A model generated the notes under the pieces. It was given only the letters and a program-made list of their open reading frames with translations. It was not told where the DNA came from and searched no databases. Below, in pieces: positions 21,642-33,897 of a stretch of 64,000 bases of DNA. A program made the translations under genes and the position numbers. How positions within the stretch are numbered: position 1 is the first letter of the stretch; each line of letters begins with the position of its first letter. The stretch is taken from assembly GCA_024742875.1 (NCBI GenBank), contig JANSXP010000013.1, positions 9,218 through 73,217 on the forward strand. The letters are read 5' to 3'. The stretch comes from Planctomycetaceae bacterium. GTDB lineage: Bacteria; Planctomycetota; Planctomycetia; Planctomycetales; Planctomycetaceae.

Positions 21642-23302
21642 TTAGTCCGGCTGACAAAGACGCCATGTCCGCAGCTGCAGGGTGATCAGCAGCAGACCGC
21701 AAAGAATTCCGGACGTCCACCACGTCCGGGGCACCAGATCAAAGGTCTCAAAACCAGAAGCGGCAATCGCGCTGAGGGCTCCGGCCATGGGATTGACGCT
21801 CAGAACACGTTCCACAAAGGTGTGACTGAATGGGGCGTCCAGATTACTCCACACAACCAGCGTGCCTGCAAACAGCAGCATCAGCAGTCCGTAACTGATT
21901 GTGGTGGCCACCGCCGTGGAACGCACGAAAGCGCTGACCGTGGCACTGACCAGCAGGGACAGGGCGGCGGAGAACAGCAGACAGACAATCACCTGCATGA
22001 CCTGTTCCCGCAGGTTGGGCTTAATGGCCATAATGACCGCATAGCCAGGCAGCGAAGCACACAGCACCAGCAGCAGTGTCAGCACCACGCTGATCAGTTT
22101 GCCGCGCAGAATACGGCCAGCGCTCAGCGGCGTAGTCCGCAGAAGGTCCCAGCCGCCCGCCTCCCGTTCGCCGGAAATCAGGCCGCCGGCAATGCCGGGA
22201 GTCAGCACGATGATCAGCGTCACCTGAGCAATCACGATGATGCCGCCAATGCGCTCCACCCCCCAGTCCACCGTGCCCATCGTGGTGGCGAACGTCAGCA
22301 GCAGCGACAGCACCGCACAGCTGGAAATCAGTCGCAGCAGCCAGTGCAGGCGGCCAAACTGCCGACTGCGAAACTCCTTAACCATCACGGGATTCAGAAA
22401 GAAGGGAATCCCGGCTTTGCGGCGCTGCGGGTCGATCAGGAAAAACAGCCGGCGGGCCACCTGACCTCCCGACGAGAGTTCATCGGTGATGACTCCCTGA
22501 GAGCGGGAACGATCCAGCAAAGAGTAATTGAACCGCCTGATGCACACGCCACTGCCGATGACAATAAACAGACCGGCATACAGAAAGTATGACTCCATCA
22601 GACTTTCGCTGTCCCGCAGTCCCACCTGAGAAACGGTCGTGCCGGAAACCATCTGCAGCATGGCGGGCACCGGAGACAGCTGTCGCAGAAAACTGGCGAT
22701 GCTGCCCAGCGGTCCTTCCATGCCTTCCAGAAACTGCCACGGAATGAGCGTGCCCACTACCAGCGCAAACGTGCAGCCATAGGCCCATCGCAGGGCTGAT
22801 TCCGGACTGCCGGCCCAGGTTCCCACCAGCATACCCAGCACGGCCAGCTGCAGACACACGACAATCAGCAGCACGTACAGCCGCAGGATGTCGGATGTGA
22901 GCGAAATACCGCCCATCGCAAAGCAGCACGTCATAGCGGGCAGCGTCATGGTCAGCAGCACGAGGATGAAGCAGAACATGGCCAGTGCTTTGCCAAAGAA
23001 AATCTCATAGCGATGCAGGGGGGAATTGAGCAGCAGTTCCATGGTGCGGCGGCGAATTTCCTTCACCAGACTGGTCGCCGGAAACGCGGGCACCACCAGA
23101 ACCACCGCGGTCAGCATGGCCATCGCCAAAGAGCGAAACGCGCCCCGCGCCTGTGATCCGGTCAGATCTGACACTCCGCTTTCGGGCCACTTCAGTAGAA
23201 TCGTGAGCGCAAAAACGACGGCCACCGTCAGCAGGATCCACAAGGTGGGTTTGTTCCGCATGATGCCCGGAATTTCCCGTTCGGCAATGACAAGACTGCC
23301 CT

Positions 23303-23306
<4 letters not shown>
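21642..23306 (-). CDS. ABC transporter permease, fused ABC-2 type (NosY/GldF-like)
   Basis: 554-aa ORF with about 12 hydrophobic helices. ATGA overlap with the upstream ATPase gene at 23303-23306. Confidence 0.75.
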
Positions 23307-24333
<1,027 letters not shown>

Positions 24334-24337
<4 letters not shown>

Positions 24338-25623
24338 TCTGTATTCCCGCTGTCCTCGCTGTATGCACCCGGCAGACGCGCACCCTCGGCCGTCATCTGC
24401 ACGCTTTCAATTTTCCAGTAGTTGTCCTGTTCGCCGTACTGAGTCGGGTCGTCCGCGTCCTGCGCAATCTGTGAATCGCTGACATCGATCTTCAGGTATA
24501 CGAACTGTCCGCTGATTCTGTTGAGGGTCTCCACCGGCAGGTCCAGCTCAAACGTGCCGACCGGGCTCGAAAGTGTCTGCAGTGGTTCCCACTGACCGGG
24601 ACCACCGACCGCGACCCCCACATCCCGCGAACCGGCACGAATTCGAATCCGTACAGAGACGTTCCGATACTCAAAGGGCACACAGACCTTCGGCAGATCA
24701 AACTTCAGCACGGTCAGCGCGCCTTTGGACACTTCAATCCAGTTGCGGCGGCGGTTGAAAAAGGCGGAACTGACGCCGCCTGAGTCGCTGGCAATGGTCT
24801 GGTAGGGCAACAAAACGGGTGGCAGCAGGACCTGCTGCCCCACGGCCGGCGGTGTCAGGTCAACAGGTACCACAAGCAGCGTGGACGACTGTCGCCTCAT
24901 TTCTGTTTCCGTATGGATTTGCGAGGGCAACTGCTGTGACCAGAACAGCACCGACAGCTCTTCAGGGAAGGCTCTCAGTCGGTCCGCGTGATTAAACAGC
25001 GTCTGGTACAGTTTCTTTCTCTGCACCTGACGCTTATTCAGCATCGTCTCGTTGCTGATTTCGCCAGGCATCAGAATGTCAGATGATTCCGTCCGCCACG
25101 CCTGCGCGTCCACCTGACGGGCCGCCATAATGTCCGGGCTGCGACTGGCCAGAATGGCGTCCTCGGGCTGCAGCTGCTGTGCGTTGGAAATGGACAGCCG
25201 CAGGCCCTTCTCATCCAGCACGGCCCGCGACGTCAAAGGGGCCGGCAACTGCAGGCTGGATGTGAGGACATAGTCAGAAATTCCGGCAGGCTGGTGAAAG
25301 TCGGCCCACTTGTGGGTGCCGATGTCAGTCCAGATAAAGCGATGCCGGGTGTCGGCCGGCGTGCTGTCAAACGTTCGCAGCGTGGCGTAGTCATGCAGCG
25401 TCAGACCGATGTCCTGGGCGTCCGGCTGGTAAACGGTGGCGATGCCGTCCGCCACCAGTGAAGTCTGGCCGGCCGCCGCATGCACAACGCGCGTCTCCAG
25501 CAGCGTGGGGGGGCGGCGGTGCGAACAGCCAGCCCCAGCGCCAGGCCCGGCACGGCCGCCAGCAGGGCCAGCGCGGGCGCGGCCACCGTCATCCAGCTGT
25601 GACGATCGCTGCGCACGAGCCAT
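24334..25623 (-). CDS. Downstream (C-terminal) ORF of a probably single, frame-disrupted large membrane protein
   Basis: The first ~38 codons (MARAQRSS...GAGAGCSHRR) are Gly/Arg/Ala-rich and look like an out-of-frame reading of TM helices. Plausible sequence begins after the C7 tract (PPTLLETRVVHAAAGQTSLVADG...). The stop overlaps the ABC ATPase start (ATGA, 24334-24337). Confidence 0.6.
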
Positions 25624-26837
25624 ACCCCCAATCCAGCCAGCAGCAGAACAAAGACTGCCAGAACCAGCAGGGGAAAACTGCGCCGAGGAATCTCGTAGCC
25701 GATTTCAGAGTGGGCGATCTCGGCCATATCATCATCCGCCAGCAGGGGCGGTGGCAGAGGAGTGAGAAACGAATCCTCGAGAATCTGCGTGGTGGTGGGA
25801 GCCGTTTGATGGCTGTTCAGTCCCTGCATGTAGACTTCGGCGGAGGCGGTCGACAGATACACGCGACCGCGGCCAATGTCCTGTTGCACCAGCAGCGGCC
25901 AGCCGTTGGCACTCCACAGCAGACTCCCCTTTTCCATCACGACGCGGGAGAAGGGCACAGGCTCATCAAAACTGCGGGTATAGGACAAATCCGCCTCCTG
26001 ACGCAGTCCGCCGGTCTCGACATGATGCTTCAGGTCCAGATCCATCAGGCTGGTTTCGTCAACAACCGAAAACGGCAGCGCATCTCCCAGCAGGGCGCGG
26101 GCCGACTCTTCGCCCATCGCATTGACGGAGACAATCGCGCGACCACCGCGTTCCACCCAGTGCCGCAGCGCGGCGCAAACGTCCGGATGCTGATGCAGCT
26201 GTGAACTGCAGATGATCATCTGATCAGCCGTGTTCAGCGCTTCGGGATGGACGCCGATGTCAGTCTCGCGAATGGCAATCAGCTTGGGGGGCTGCTGAGC
26301 GTCATCCCGCAGAGAAGAAATCAGATCATCGGAAAACAGAATCTCCCGCCGCGACGTGTCATCGGAATACACGGTCATCGACGATCCGACGCTCATGCCG
26401 TTCTGCTGCCCAATAGCAGAAACAACAAATCCATCCAGCATTTCTCCGTCGCCGCGGCGAGTGATGGTTTCGCGGCCCGCTTCTCCCGTCACGCTCATGT
26501 ATTCAAACTCAAACGCGCGGGACCGGGCCGGGTGCACGAACAGCGGCCACTGGGATGTGCGGATAGACCTGGGCGGCAGGACGATGTGGCGGCCGTACTG
26601 ATGCTGATCGCCCCCCACCTGATGGGCCAGCGACGTGATGGTTTCCGGCTCGTCCGTCTTGTTCTCAAAATGGCCCCGCACCAGACCCCAGCGGTTTTCC
26701 CGAAAGCGTTCAAAGCCACCGGATGTGATTCGGCCGCGACCCGTCTGAGCGATGACACTGTCGCCCACCAGCATTAGCAGTATCAGGCCAGCCAGTTGGA
26801 CGGCCTGCGTTACTCGAATGGCCCGAAATTTGTTCAC
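25401..26837 (-). CDS. Upstream (N-terminal) ORF of the frame-disrupted large membrane protein, GldG/Bat-like auxiliary candidate
   Basis: ORF 25401..27125 trimmed to GTG at 26835-26837, preceded by GGGAG at 26843-26847. N-terminal TM helix (VQLAGLILLMLVG), a soluble region of about 470 aa, then two TM helices (FPLLVLAVFVLLLAGLGVWLV and VAAPALALLAAVPGLALGLAV). The last ~35 codons (RCWRRALCMRRPARLHWW...) look out of frame. Confidence 0.6.
   Translation of the reverse strand: MNKFRAIRVTQAVQLAGLILLMLVGDSVIAQTGRGRITSGGFERFRENRWGLVRGHFENKTDEPETITSLAHQVGGDQHQYGRHIVLPPRSIRTSQWPLFVHPARSRAFEFEYMSVTGEAGRETITRRGDGEMLDGFVVSAIGQQNGMSVGSSMTVYSDDTSRREILFSDDLISSLRDDAQQPPKLIAIRETDIGVHPEALNTADQMIICSSQLHQHPDVCAALRHWVERGGRAIVSVNAMGEESARALLGDALPFSVVDETSLMDLDLKHHVETGGLRQEADLSYTRSFDEPVPFSRVVMEKGSLLWSANGWPLLVQQDIGRGRVYLSTASAEVYMQGLNSHQTAPTTTQILEDSFLTPLPPPLLADDDMAEIAHSEIGYEIPRRSFPLLVLAVFVLLLAGLGVWLVRSDRHSWMTVAAPALALLAAVPGLALGLAVRTAAPPRCWRRALCMRRPARLHWWRTASPPFTSRTPRTSV
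25507..25513 (-). other. C7 (plus-strand G7) homopolymer, candidate frameshift site joining ORFs 25401..26837 and 24334..25623
   Basis: The plus strand reads cagcgtGGGGGGGcggcgg. One extra C on the coding strand would read ...GLAVRTAAPPTLLETRVVHAAAGQ..., joining the two ORFs seamlessly. Confidence 0.6.
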
Positions 26838-27176
26838 GAAGTCTCCCGCGCTGTAGGTTCCAGTCGTAACATTCCAACAAGCCAGCCGTTCATCCGCAAG
26901 CAGGCCGCCACGCACCGTCCATGACTGGTCGTTCAGACCTGTCAACTGAGATCGGGCCAGCCGGCGGTGCTGGCCCGCGGAGCGACAGGCGGGCGCCCCC
27001 AGGGAGCACACCTTGCCGGAATCTGGCCCACCGACACCATTTGCGCTCCCGACGGCCCGTCCCACGGTCGACTTTTTCAAAAATGCCGTCCTTCTGAACG
27101 GGCCCGTCGTTATCCGCCCCTGCATTTGGCTACACTGCCGGGCCCTGTTTCCCTGTCATTGACCGCAAACTGCCTC

Positions 27177-29195
27177 ATGATCGTTAGCAAGAACTGGCTG
27201 GCCGAATACGTCGATGTCGACATGCCGGTCGACGAACTCACCGACCGACTGACAATGTCGGGCCTGAATCTCGAAGGGGTGGAAACTTCGGGCGACGATC
27301 TGGCCATCGACCTGGAAGTCACCAGCAATCGCCCGGACTGCCTGGGGCACATTGGCGTTGCGCGGGAAGTGAGCGTGCTGTTCGATAAAGAATTGCGCAT
27401 CCCCTCGCCGCAGCCAGCCGTCACATCGGAGTCGGCCGCAGACGCCACGGCCGTTCAGATTGACTGCCCTGATCTGTGTCACGAATACCACGCCCGCGTC
27501 ATTCGGGGCATCAAAGTGGGTCCCAGCCCAGACTGGCTGAAAGACCGGCTGGCAGCCGCTGGTATCAATTCCGTCAGCAACGTGGTGGACATCACCAACT
27601 ACGTGATGCTCGAATGCGGACAGCCCATCCACGCGTTCGACTTTGACAAACTCGACGGTGGTCGTATCGTCGTGCGTCGCGCGGGCAAAGGCGAAAAAAT
27701 CACGGCCATCGACCAGCGGGATTATGCACTGACCGAAGACATGTGCGTGATTGCCGACGCCAGCCGACCAACGGCCATCGCAGGTGTCATGGGCGGGCTG
27801 GCCACCGAGATTTCTGATGGCACGGTCAATGTGCTGGTGGAGACCGCATCGTTTGAGCCGTTGAGTGTTCGCGCGACGGCCCGCGCCCTCAAGCTGCACA
27901 GCCCCTCGTCATTTCGATTTGAACGCCGCGTGAATCGGCAGAATATCGACTGGGCGTCACGCCGCTGCTGCGAGCTGATCATGCAGGTCGCAGGCGGCGA
28001 ACTGCTGGACGGATCTGTGGTGGCCGGCGATGCCGTGGCGACCCGTGAGCCGGTCAGTATGCGGTTCTCTCAGGTACCCCGCATTCTGGGAATGGACGTG
28101 CCACCCGATGAGTGTGTTCGCATTCTCGTGGAGCTGGGTCTGGAGCTGGTTGAACGGACGACCGAGACAGCCTCGTTCACTGCGCCCGCCTGGCGACTGG
28201 ACCTCACCCGCGAGGCCGATCTGATTGAAGAAATCGCCCGCATCTATGGCTACGACCGCATCCCTGACGATGCCACGTTGCCCGTCGTAGCCACCAGTCG
28301 CAGCGTGCGTGAACAGGTGGGAGACGCCATCCGCACGGCTCTGCCGGCCTGTGGATTTTTTGAATCACTGACGCTGTCGTTTATCAGCCGTGAGCAGCTG
28401 GAGCTGTTTCGTCCCCGCGGTGACATTGCGAACGTGGCCGTCAATCACTCCACCCGCAGCAAAGAGAATCAACTGCGGCAAAGCCTGATTCCCAGCCTGC
28501 TGCACTGCCGCCGTCAGAATGAACGACACGGCACACTCAACGCGGAACTGTTTGAGGTGGCCAAGGTCTATCTGTCGGCCGGCGAAGGAAAACCGGAGCA
28601 CGAAGCCGAGCCAACGATGCTGGGCATCGTGTCCGGACGTGACTTCCTGACCCTCAAAGGCGTGGTCGAGATGATCGTCGCCCGGGTGTGCCCGCAGGCC
28701 GTGTTGACCTCTGCCCCCTGCAGTCTGAAGGAATTTGGCCATGGTCGCGGCGCGGCCCTGCAGCTGAATGGCGCAGACTTCGGCTGGCTGGGTGAACTGG
28801 ACCGCGGCGTGATTGATGCCGTGGACCTTCAGGAAGGCGCATCGGTAGCGGAAATCAACGTCAACATGCTTGAAGACGCCTTCCAGGCCGAACGCGTTTA
28901 CCAGCCACTGCCCAAATTCCCGGCCGTCACGCGGGACCTGAACTTTGTTCTGGGGGAATCCGTCACGTGGGCTCAGCTGGAAGACGCAGTGACGGGAGCC
29001 GGCGGGACACTGCTGCAGCATGTTTCCTTCGGTGGTCAGTACCGCGGCAAGGGCATTGAAACGGGTCACAAGTCCTACCTGGTGTCCTGTGTGTTCATGG
29101 CGGACGACCGGACTCTCACAACTGAGGAAGTCGACGCAGCCGTGGCGCAAATCCTGGCGGTCTGCGAAGAAAAGCTTGCTGCCAAACTGCGTTAA
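27177..29195 (+). CDS. pheT: Phenylalanine--tRNA ligase beta subunit
   Basis: ORF 26967..29195 trimmed to ATG at 27177-27179, giving [14 protein letters not shown], the canonical PheT N-terminus. 672 aa with PheT-like sequence throughout, including the C-terminal region. Confidence 0.94.
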   Translation: MIVSKNWLAEYVDVDMPVDELTDRLTMSGLNLEGVETSGDDLAIDLEVTSNRPDCLGHIGVAREVSVLFDKELRIPSPQPAVTSESAADATAVQIDCPDLCHEYHARVIRGIKVGPSPDWLKDRLAAAGINSVSNVVDITNYVMLECGQPIHAFDFDKLDGGRIVVRRAGKGEKITAIDQRDYALTEDMCVIADASRPTAIAGVMGGLATEISDGTVNVLVETASFEPLSVRATARALKLHSPSSFRFERRVNRQNIDWASRRCCELIMQVAGGELLDGSVVAGDAVATREPVSMRFSQVPRILGMDVPPDECVRILVELGLELVERTTETASFTAPAWRLDLTREADLIEEIARIYGYDRIPDDATLPVVATSRSVREQVGDAIRTALPACGFFESLTLSFISREQLELFRPRGDIANVAVNHSTRSKENQLRQSLIPSLLHCRRQNERHGTLNAELFEVAKVYLSAGEGKPEHEAEPTMLGIVSGRDFLTLKGVVEMIVARVCPQAVLTSAPCSLKEFGHGRGAALQLNGADFGWLGELDRGVIDAVDLQEGASVAEINVNMLEDAFQAERVYQPLPKFPAVTRDLNFVLGESVTWAQLEDAVTGAGGTLLQHVSFGGQYRGKGIETGHKSYLVSCVFMADDRTLTTEEVDAAVAQILAVCEEKLAAKLR

Positions 29196-29353
29196 CTGAC
29201 AATACCCAGAGAGAGCGAACTCTTCGCTGTCGCGGCTTGTCCTCAGTCAGGTGGCACAGGTGTGATCGGCTGCCGCTGTCTGTCTCCTGTTTGTGTGTTC
29301 TTCTGTCCCTGTTCCCCGTTTCCACAAGACGTTCTGACGCCACCGGCGAACTC

Positions 29354-29719
29354 ATGAAACGTACGCTGCTGAAATCCAAAATTCACCGGGCCACTGTCAC
29401 CGAAGCAGATCTCAACTACGAGGGCAGCGTGACAATTGACGCGCAGCTGATGAAAGCCGCCGACATTGTGCCGTTTGAACGGGTGGAAGTTTACGACATC
29501 ACCAATGGGAACCGACTGGCGACCTACGCAATTGAAGGTGAGCCAGGCTCCGGCACCATTTGCCTCAATGGAGCGGCGGCCCGCCTGGTGGAACCCGGCG
29601 ATCTGGTGATTATCTGCAGTTTTGCCGATTACACGGACGAGGAACGAGCGGTTCACGAACCGATCGTGATTCAGGTCAATCAGAAAAACAAACCACGGCG
29701 ACCCCGCAGAAAAGGGTAG
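29354..29719 (+). CDS. panD: Aspartate 1-decarboxylase
   Basis: ORF 29237..29719 trimmed to ATG at 29354-29356. [29 protein letters not shown] contains the self-cleaving Gly-Ser of pyruvoyl PanD. 121 aa. Confidence 0.94.
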   Translation: MKRTLLKSKIHRATVTEADLNYEGSVTIDAQLMKAADIVPFERVEVYDITNGNRLATYAIEGEPGSGTICLNGAAARLVEPGDLVIICSFADYTDEERAVHEPIVIQVNQKNKPRRPRRKG

Positions 29720-29743
29720 CCCGTTTTTGACAGTGATGTTCGC

Positions 29744-30565
29744 ATGACGAGATTCGACGACGACCTCGATGAATCAACTCAGGCGAACCCGTCCAGTTCG
29801 CAGATCTCTTTGTTTCGCTGGATGCTGCTGGCCACCGCGGCCGCTTTTGGTTTTGGCGGCTTTCCGCTGGGCTCCTCCGTGCTGACGGCCGCTCTGGCGG
29901 CTCGCCCGGCGTTTGAAACGGCCCAGTGGATTCTGCAAAAGGACCCGCATCCCACCCGTGCGCGAGTGTGCGCGCTGTTTCATGTGTCTGTGGGAATCTG
30001 GCACGGCTTTCCGGCCGCACTGATCACGATTGGCGCATTCATTTTTGCCGGCAAACAATTGGGCATGGGATTTCCTCTGAAGGATCTGCAGGCCACGATG
30101 ATGGGGCTGATTGCTGCGGTCGGCTTCAGCGCTTTGGTCGGTGGGCTGGCCACATTCGGTGCGCTGCGTACTGGATTGCGGGTCTGGGCACATCCTCGGT
30201 TTGAAGCCGCCCTGCAAAAGGAGCTGCAGTCCGGCCGGAACGTCTACACCAATCACGCCGTGTTCGTGCTGGCCACGTCACTCACCATTCCCGTGCTGAT
30301 TGCGCTGCCCCTGATCCTCATGACTCCCAAACCGGCCATCGTCTGGGTGCTGGTGCTGCCCGTTTCACTGCTGTCTGTGATCGTACCGTGCCTGATGATT
30401 GGCACGCGAATCTTTGCGGAAAGCCCCCGCGCCTATTTTCTGGGAGACGGCCCGTCGTCATCCGACACGCCGGCCGGCTTTCCTGCAGCAAACGCAATAT
30501 TGCCCCCGGCTTTCAGCGAGGAAGGCCTGGAATCTCACCACGCAGACGGCGAACAGCCTGATTGA
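29744..30565 (+). CDS. Hypothetical polytopic membrane protein
   Basis: 273-aa ORF with ATG at 29744 and several hydrophobic helices. Co-directional with pheT-panD. No recognisable domain. Confidence 0.55.
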   Translation: MTRFDDDLDESTQANPSSSQISLFRWMLLATAAAFGFGGFPLGSSVLTAALAARPAFETAQWILQKDPHPTRARVCALFHVSVGIWHGFPAALITIGAFIFAGKQLGMGFPLKDLQATMMGLIAAVGFSALVGGLATFGALRTGLRVWAHPRFEAALQKELQSGRNVYTNHAVFVLATSLTIPVLIALPLILMTPKPAIVWVLVLPVSLLSVIVPCLMIGTRIFAESPRAYFLGDGPSSSDTPAGFPAANAILPPAFSEEGLESHHADGEQPD

Positions 30566-30675
30566 TCGGGCTGCCGACACCCTTCAAATTCTGCAGGACG
30601 TCTGTGCATTCCTGCCCGGATGCCGATAGACTGTGGGATCCCACACATTCGCCGTCATCTTGATTTGCGTGTGCC

Positions 30676-33600
30676 ATGCCTCCCACCTCCCGCCTGTCAC
30701 AGCTGTGCCCCGTTCGTGCTTTCGCACTGCTGTTAATCGCTCTGCTGTCCACAGCATTCGCGCCGTCCATCACTGCCGACCAGCCGCCCGTTGACGATGA
30801 TCAGCACTTTGAAACACACATTCGTCCCCTGCTGCACACGCGCTGCGTCCGCTGCCACGGAGAGAATCAGCAAAAGGGCGGACTGCGACTGGATACCCGC
30901 GAGGCCATTTTAAAGGGCGGCGACTCCGGACCGGCCGCCGTGCCTGGCCAGGCGGCCAACAGTCTGCTGATGGAAGCGGTCCGTTATGAGTCCTGGGAGA
31001 TGCCGCCAGATGGGCAGCTGAAAGACCACCGCATTGAACACCTGGAGCTGTGGATCGCTTCCGGTATGCCGTGGCCGACCCACAACGGCAAATCCGTACG
31101 ACTGTCGGGCGCGGCGTTTTCTGAGGAAGAGAAGACGTTCTGGAGTCTGCAGCCTGTCACTCAATACACCCCACCACAAACAGACTCCGACTGGGTTCGC
31201 AATCCCATCGACCAGTTTGTTCTCAGGCGATTAACGGCGGCCGGACTGGAACCAGCGCCACGAGCCGACAATCGCGTGCTGCTGCGCCGCCTGCACTTCG
31301 CCCTCACCGGCTTGCCGCCGGCACCGGCCAGTCTGAAAAAGGCTGAGCAACTGGACATACGGGCGACTGTCGATCGCCTGCTGGACGATCCCCGCTACGG
31401 CGAACACTGGGCGCGTCACTGGCTGGACATTGTTCGCTATGCTGAGTCCGACGGTTTCCGTGCGGACGGCTACCGGCCGCATGCCTGGCGCTATCGCGAT
31501 TACGTCGTGAGAGCATTCAACGACGACAAACCGTATGACGTGTTTGTCACCGAACAGCTGGCTGGTGATGAAGTCGCGCCCGACCGGCGTGACGCACTGA
31601 TTGCCACCGGCTTTCTGCGCACGTTTCTGTACGAGTACAACCAGCGCGACGCCCGCACCCAGTGGCAGGACATCCTGAATCAGGTGACGGACATCACGGG
31701 AGACGCTTTTCTGGGGATGAGTGTCAGTTGCGCTCGATGTCACGACCACAAGTTTGATCCCATCCTCCAGGAAGACTACTACCGATTGCGGGCCAGTTTC
31801 GGCACGATGCTGCCGCGTGACGACGTCCCGGCGGCCGACCTCGCAGAACGGCAGCGCTATGAGCGGCAGCTACAGCAATGGCAGCAGAAGGCGGGGCTGC
31901 TGCACGAACAGCTCGAACAGCTGAAAGGCCCCTATCTGAAAAAGCAGGCCCAGGCTGCCATTGAACGCTTCCCCGCGGACGTGCAGCACATCATGGCAAA
32001 AGCGAACGGCGAGCGCGGTCCGCTGGAACAGCAGCTGGCGGACCTGGTGCAGCGGCAGGTGCTGTTTGAGCAGGATCGAGCCAAATATTCGCCGGCCGAT
32101 AAAGCGGAGATCGAACGCCTTGAACGGGAAATCGAGCTGCTGGCCGGTCGGCCGCCAGCTCCACTGCCACCCGCATTGACAGTGGCCGACGTGAGCGCGC
32201 AGCCGTTCGCCCTGCACATCGGACAAAACGCGTCCCGCAAGGCCGTCACGGCAGGCGGATTTTCCATTCTGCAGCCTGACGTGTTTGCCCTGCAGCCACG
32301 CGGCACCTCTTCCGGACAGCGCACCGCACTGGCGAAATGGATCACGAGTGTGGACAACCCACTGACCGCGCGGGTCATCGTCAACCGCGTCTGGCAACAG
32401 CACTTTGGCACGGGACTGGTCAACACGGCCAGCGACTTTGGCCACCTGGGCGGCCGCCCCACACACCCGGAACTGCTGGACTGGCTGGCCTGCGAATTCA
32501 TGGCCCACAACTGGAGCATCAAATGGCTGCAGCGCATCATCCTCAACTCGGCCACCTGGCAGATGTCCGCCTTTCACCACCGGGAGCACACGGTCGAACA
32601 CAGCGACCCGGGCAACGCGCTTCGCTGGCGATTTGACATTCGCCGCCTGTCGGCTGAGCAGATACGCGATGCGATGCTGGTCTGCTCGGGCGAACTGCGG
32701 TCAGAAATCGGTGGGCCCAGCGTGGCGCACGACAGTCTGAGAAGATCGCTGTATCTGAAGATGCTGCGGAACAAACCGGAACCACTGCTCAGTTCGCTGG
32801 ACGGTGTGGATGGGCTGAACAGTGTGCCCCAACGGGCGACGACCACCACACCCACGCAGGCGCTGAATCTGATGAACGGAGCGTGGGTGCGTGCCAGAGC
32901 AAACGCCATGGCGCAGCGGCTGCTCGAAGAAACCAACTCCCAGGACAACGTCATTCTGGCGTCTGCCGCCTTTCAGCTGGCGCTGGGCCGCGGGCCGGAT
33001 TCGGACGAACTGGCAGCCGCCACACGGCTCATGGCCGACTCCGAATCCGCCTGGGAAAAACGGCTGCACGAGCGGCCCTTCGCTCAGTTTACCGAACACA
33101 CGGGCACGGCACTGCGAATCGGAGAGCACGGCGTCGCACCACCTGCCACCGAAGAACTCAAACCCGCCGCGCCGTTTACGTTTGCCGCCATCTTTCAGCT
33201 GGACTCGCTGTATCCGTCAGCCAGTGTGCGGACTCTGGTGTCTGCCTGGGACAACAGCAAATCGTCACACGGCTGGTCGATTGGAGTGACGAGTGAAAAA
33301 TCGGCCTACCAGCCACGCAATCTGATCCTGCAGCCCATTGGCACCGGTGGCTATGAGGTCGTGGCCTCCAATCTGCGACCTGAGCTGAAGACTCCCTGGC
33401 TGGTGGCCGTGACGGTTGATCAGCAGAAAAACGGGGGGCAGGCCACCTTCTATCTGCAACCGCTGAGTGAGAACGCGCGGCTGCAGACGGCCGTGGTCCC
33501 GTTTCAGTCGGCCGAGCAACTGAACGGAAAACTTCCCGTGAAGCTGGGAGGCCGCTGGAAGTCTGACGGCCACAACTGGGACGGGCTGGTGGATCAGGCG

Positions 33601-33855
33601 GTGTTCTTCGACCGCTGCCTGAAACAGCAGGACGTGGAACGTCTGTTCGCCGCCCGCCTGTCGGCCGACAGCATCCCTGCTTTTGATCCGCTGGCATTCT
33701 GGTCATTTGATGATCGCCGGCAGCCAGGCCGCAGCGTGCCGTCCGACCATCCACTCACCATCGCGACTTCCGTGGGCGGTTCAGCGCAGCAGTCCGGACT
33801 TAGTGAATTGTGCCACGTGCTGCTGAACTGCAACGAGTTTGTTTATATCGACTAA
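30676..33855 (+). CDS. PSCyt1/DUF1549/DUF1553 protein with C-terminal LamG-like domain
   Basis: 1059-aa ORF with a signal peptide. [17 protein letters not shown] (PSCyt1), [11 protein letters not shown] (DUF1549), [28 protein letters not shown] (DUF1553), and a C-terminal region of about 250 aa that looks concanavalin/LamG-like. Confidence 0.88.
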   Translation: MPPTSRLSQLCPVRAFALLLIALLSTAFAPSITADQPPVDDDQHFETHIRPLLHTRCVRCHGENQQKGGLRLDTREAILKGGDSGPAAVPGQAANSLLMEAVRYESWEMPPDGQLKDHRIEHLELWIASGMPWPTHNGKSVRLSGAAFSEEEKTFWSLQPVTQYTPPQTDSDWVRNPIDQFVLRRLTAAGLEPAPRADNRVLLRRLHFALTGLPPAPASLKKAEQLDIRATVDRLLDDPRYGEHWARHWLDIVRYAESDGFRADGYRPHAWRYRDYVVRAFNDDKPYDVFVTEQLAGDEVAPDRRDALIATGFLRTFLYEYNQRDARTQWQDILNQVTDITGDAFLGMSVSCARCHDHKFDPILQEDYYRLRASFGTMLPRDDVPAADLAERQRYERQLQQWQQKAGLLHEQLEQLKGPYLKKQAQAAIERFPADVQHIMAKANGERGPLEQQLADLVQRQVLFEQDRAKYSPADKAEIERLEREIELLAGRPPAPLPPALTVADVSAQPFALHIGQNASRKAVTAGGFSILQPDVFALQPRGTSSGQRTALAKWITSVDNPLTARVIVNRVWQQHFGTGLVNTASDFGHLGGRPTHPELLDWLACEFMAHNWSIKWLQRIILNSATWQMSAFHHREHTVEHSDPGNALRWRFDIRRLSAEQIRDAMLVCSGELRSEIGGPSVAHDSLRRSLYLKMLRNKPEPLLSSLDGVDGLNSVPQRATTTTPTQALNLMNGAWVRARANAMAQRLLEETNSQDNVILASAAFQLALGRGPDSDELAAATRLMADSESAWEKRLHERPFAQFTEHTGTALRIGEHGVAPPATEELKPAAPFTFAAIFQLDSLYPSASVRTLVSAWDNSKSSHGWSIGVTSEKSAYQPRNLILQPIGTGGYEVVASNLRPELKTPWLVAVTVDQQKNGGQATFYLQPLSENARLQTAVVPFQSAEQLNGKLPVKLGGRWKSDGHNWDGLVDQAVFFDRCLKQQDVERLFAARLSADSIPAFDPLAFWSFDDRRQPGRSVPSDHPLTIATSVGGSAQQSGLSELCHVLLNCNEFVYID

Positions 33856-33897
33856 GACGTACCTGAGGCGACGCCTACCCCTTGAAAACAGTCTGAC

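Noticed and set aside
26838-27176. Long N-terminal extensions of both divergent ORFs (minus ORF to 27125, pheT ORF from 26967), which overlap each other
   Set aside because: The extensions are Arg/Gly/Pro-rich and mutually overlapping. Canonical starts exist downstream: GTG at 26837 with GGGAG, and ATG at 27177 giving the conserved PheT N-terminus.
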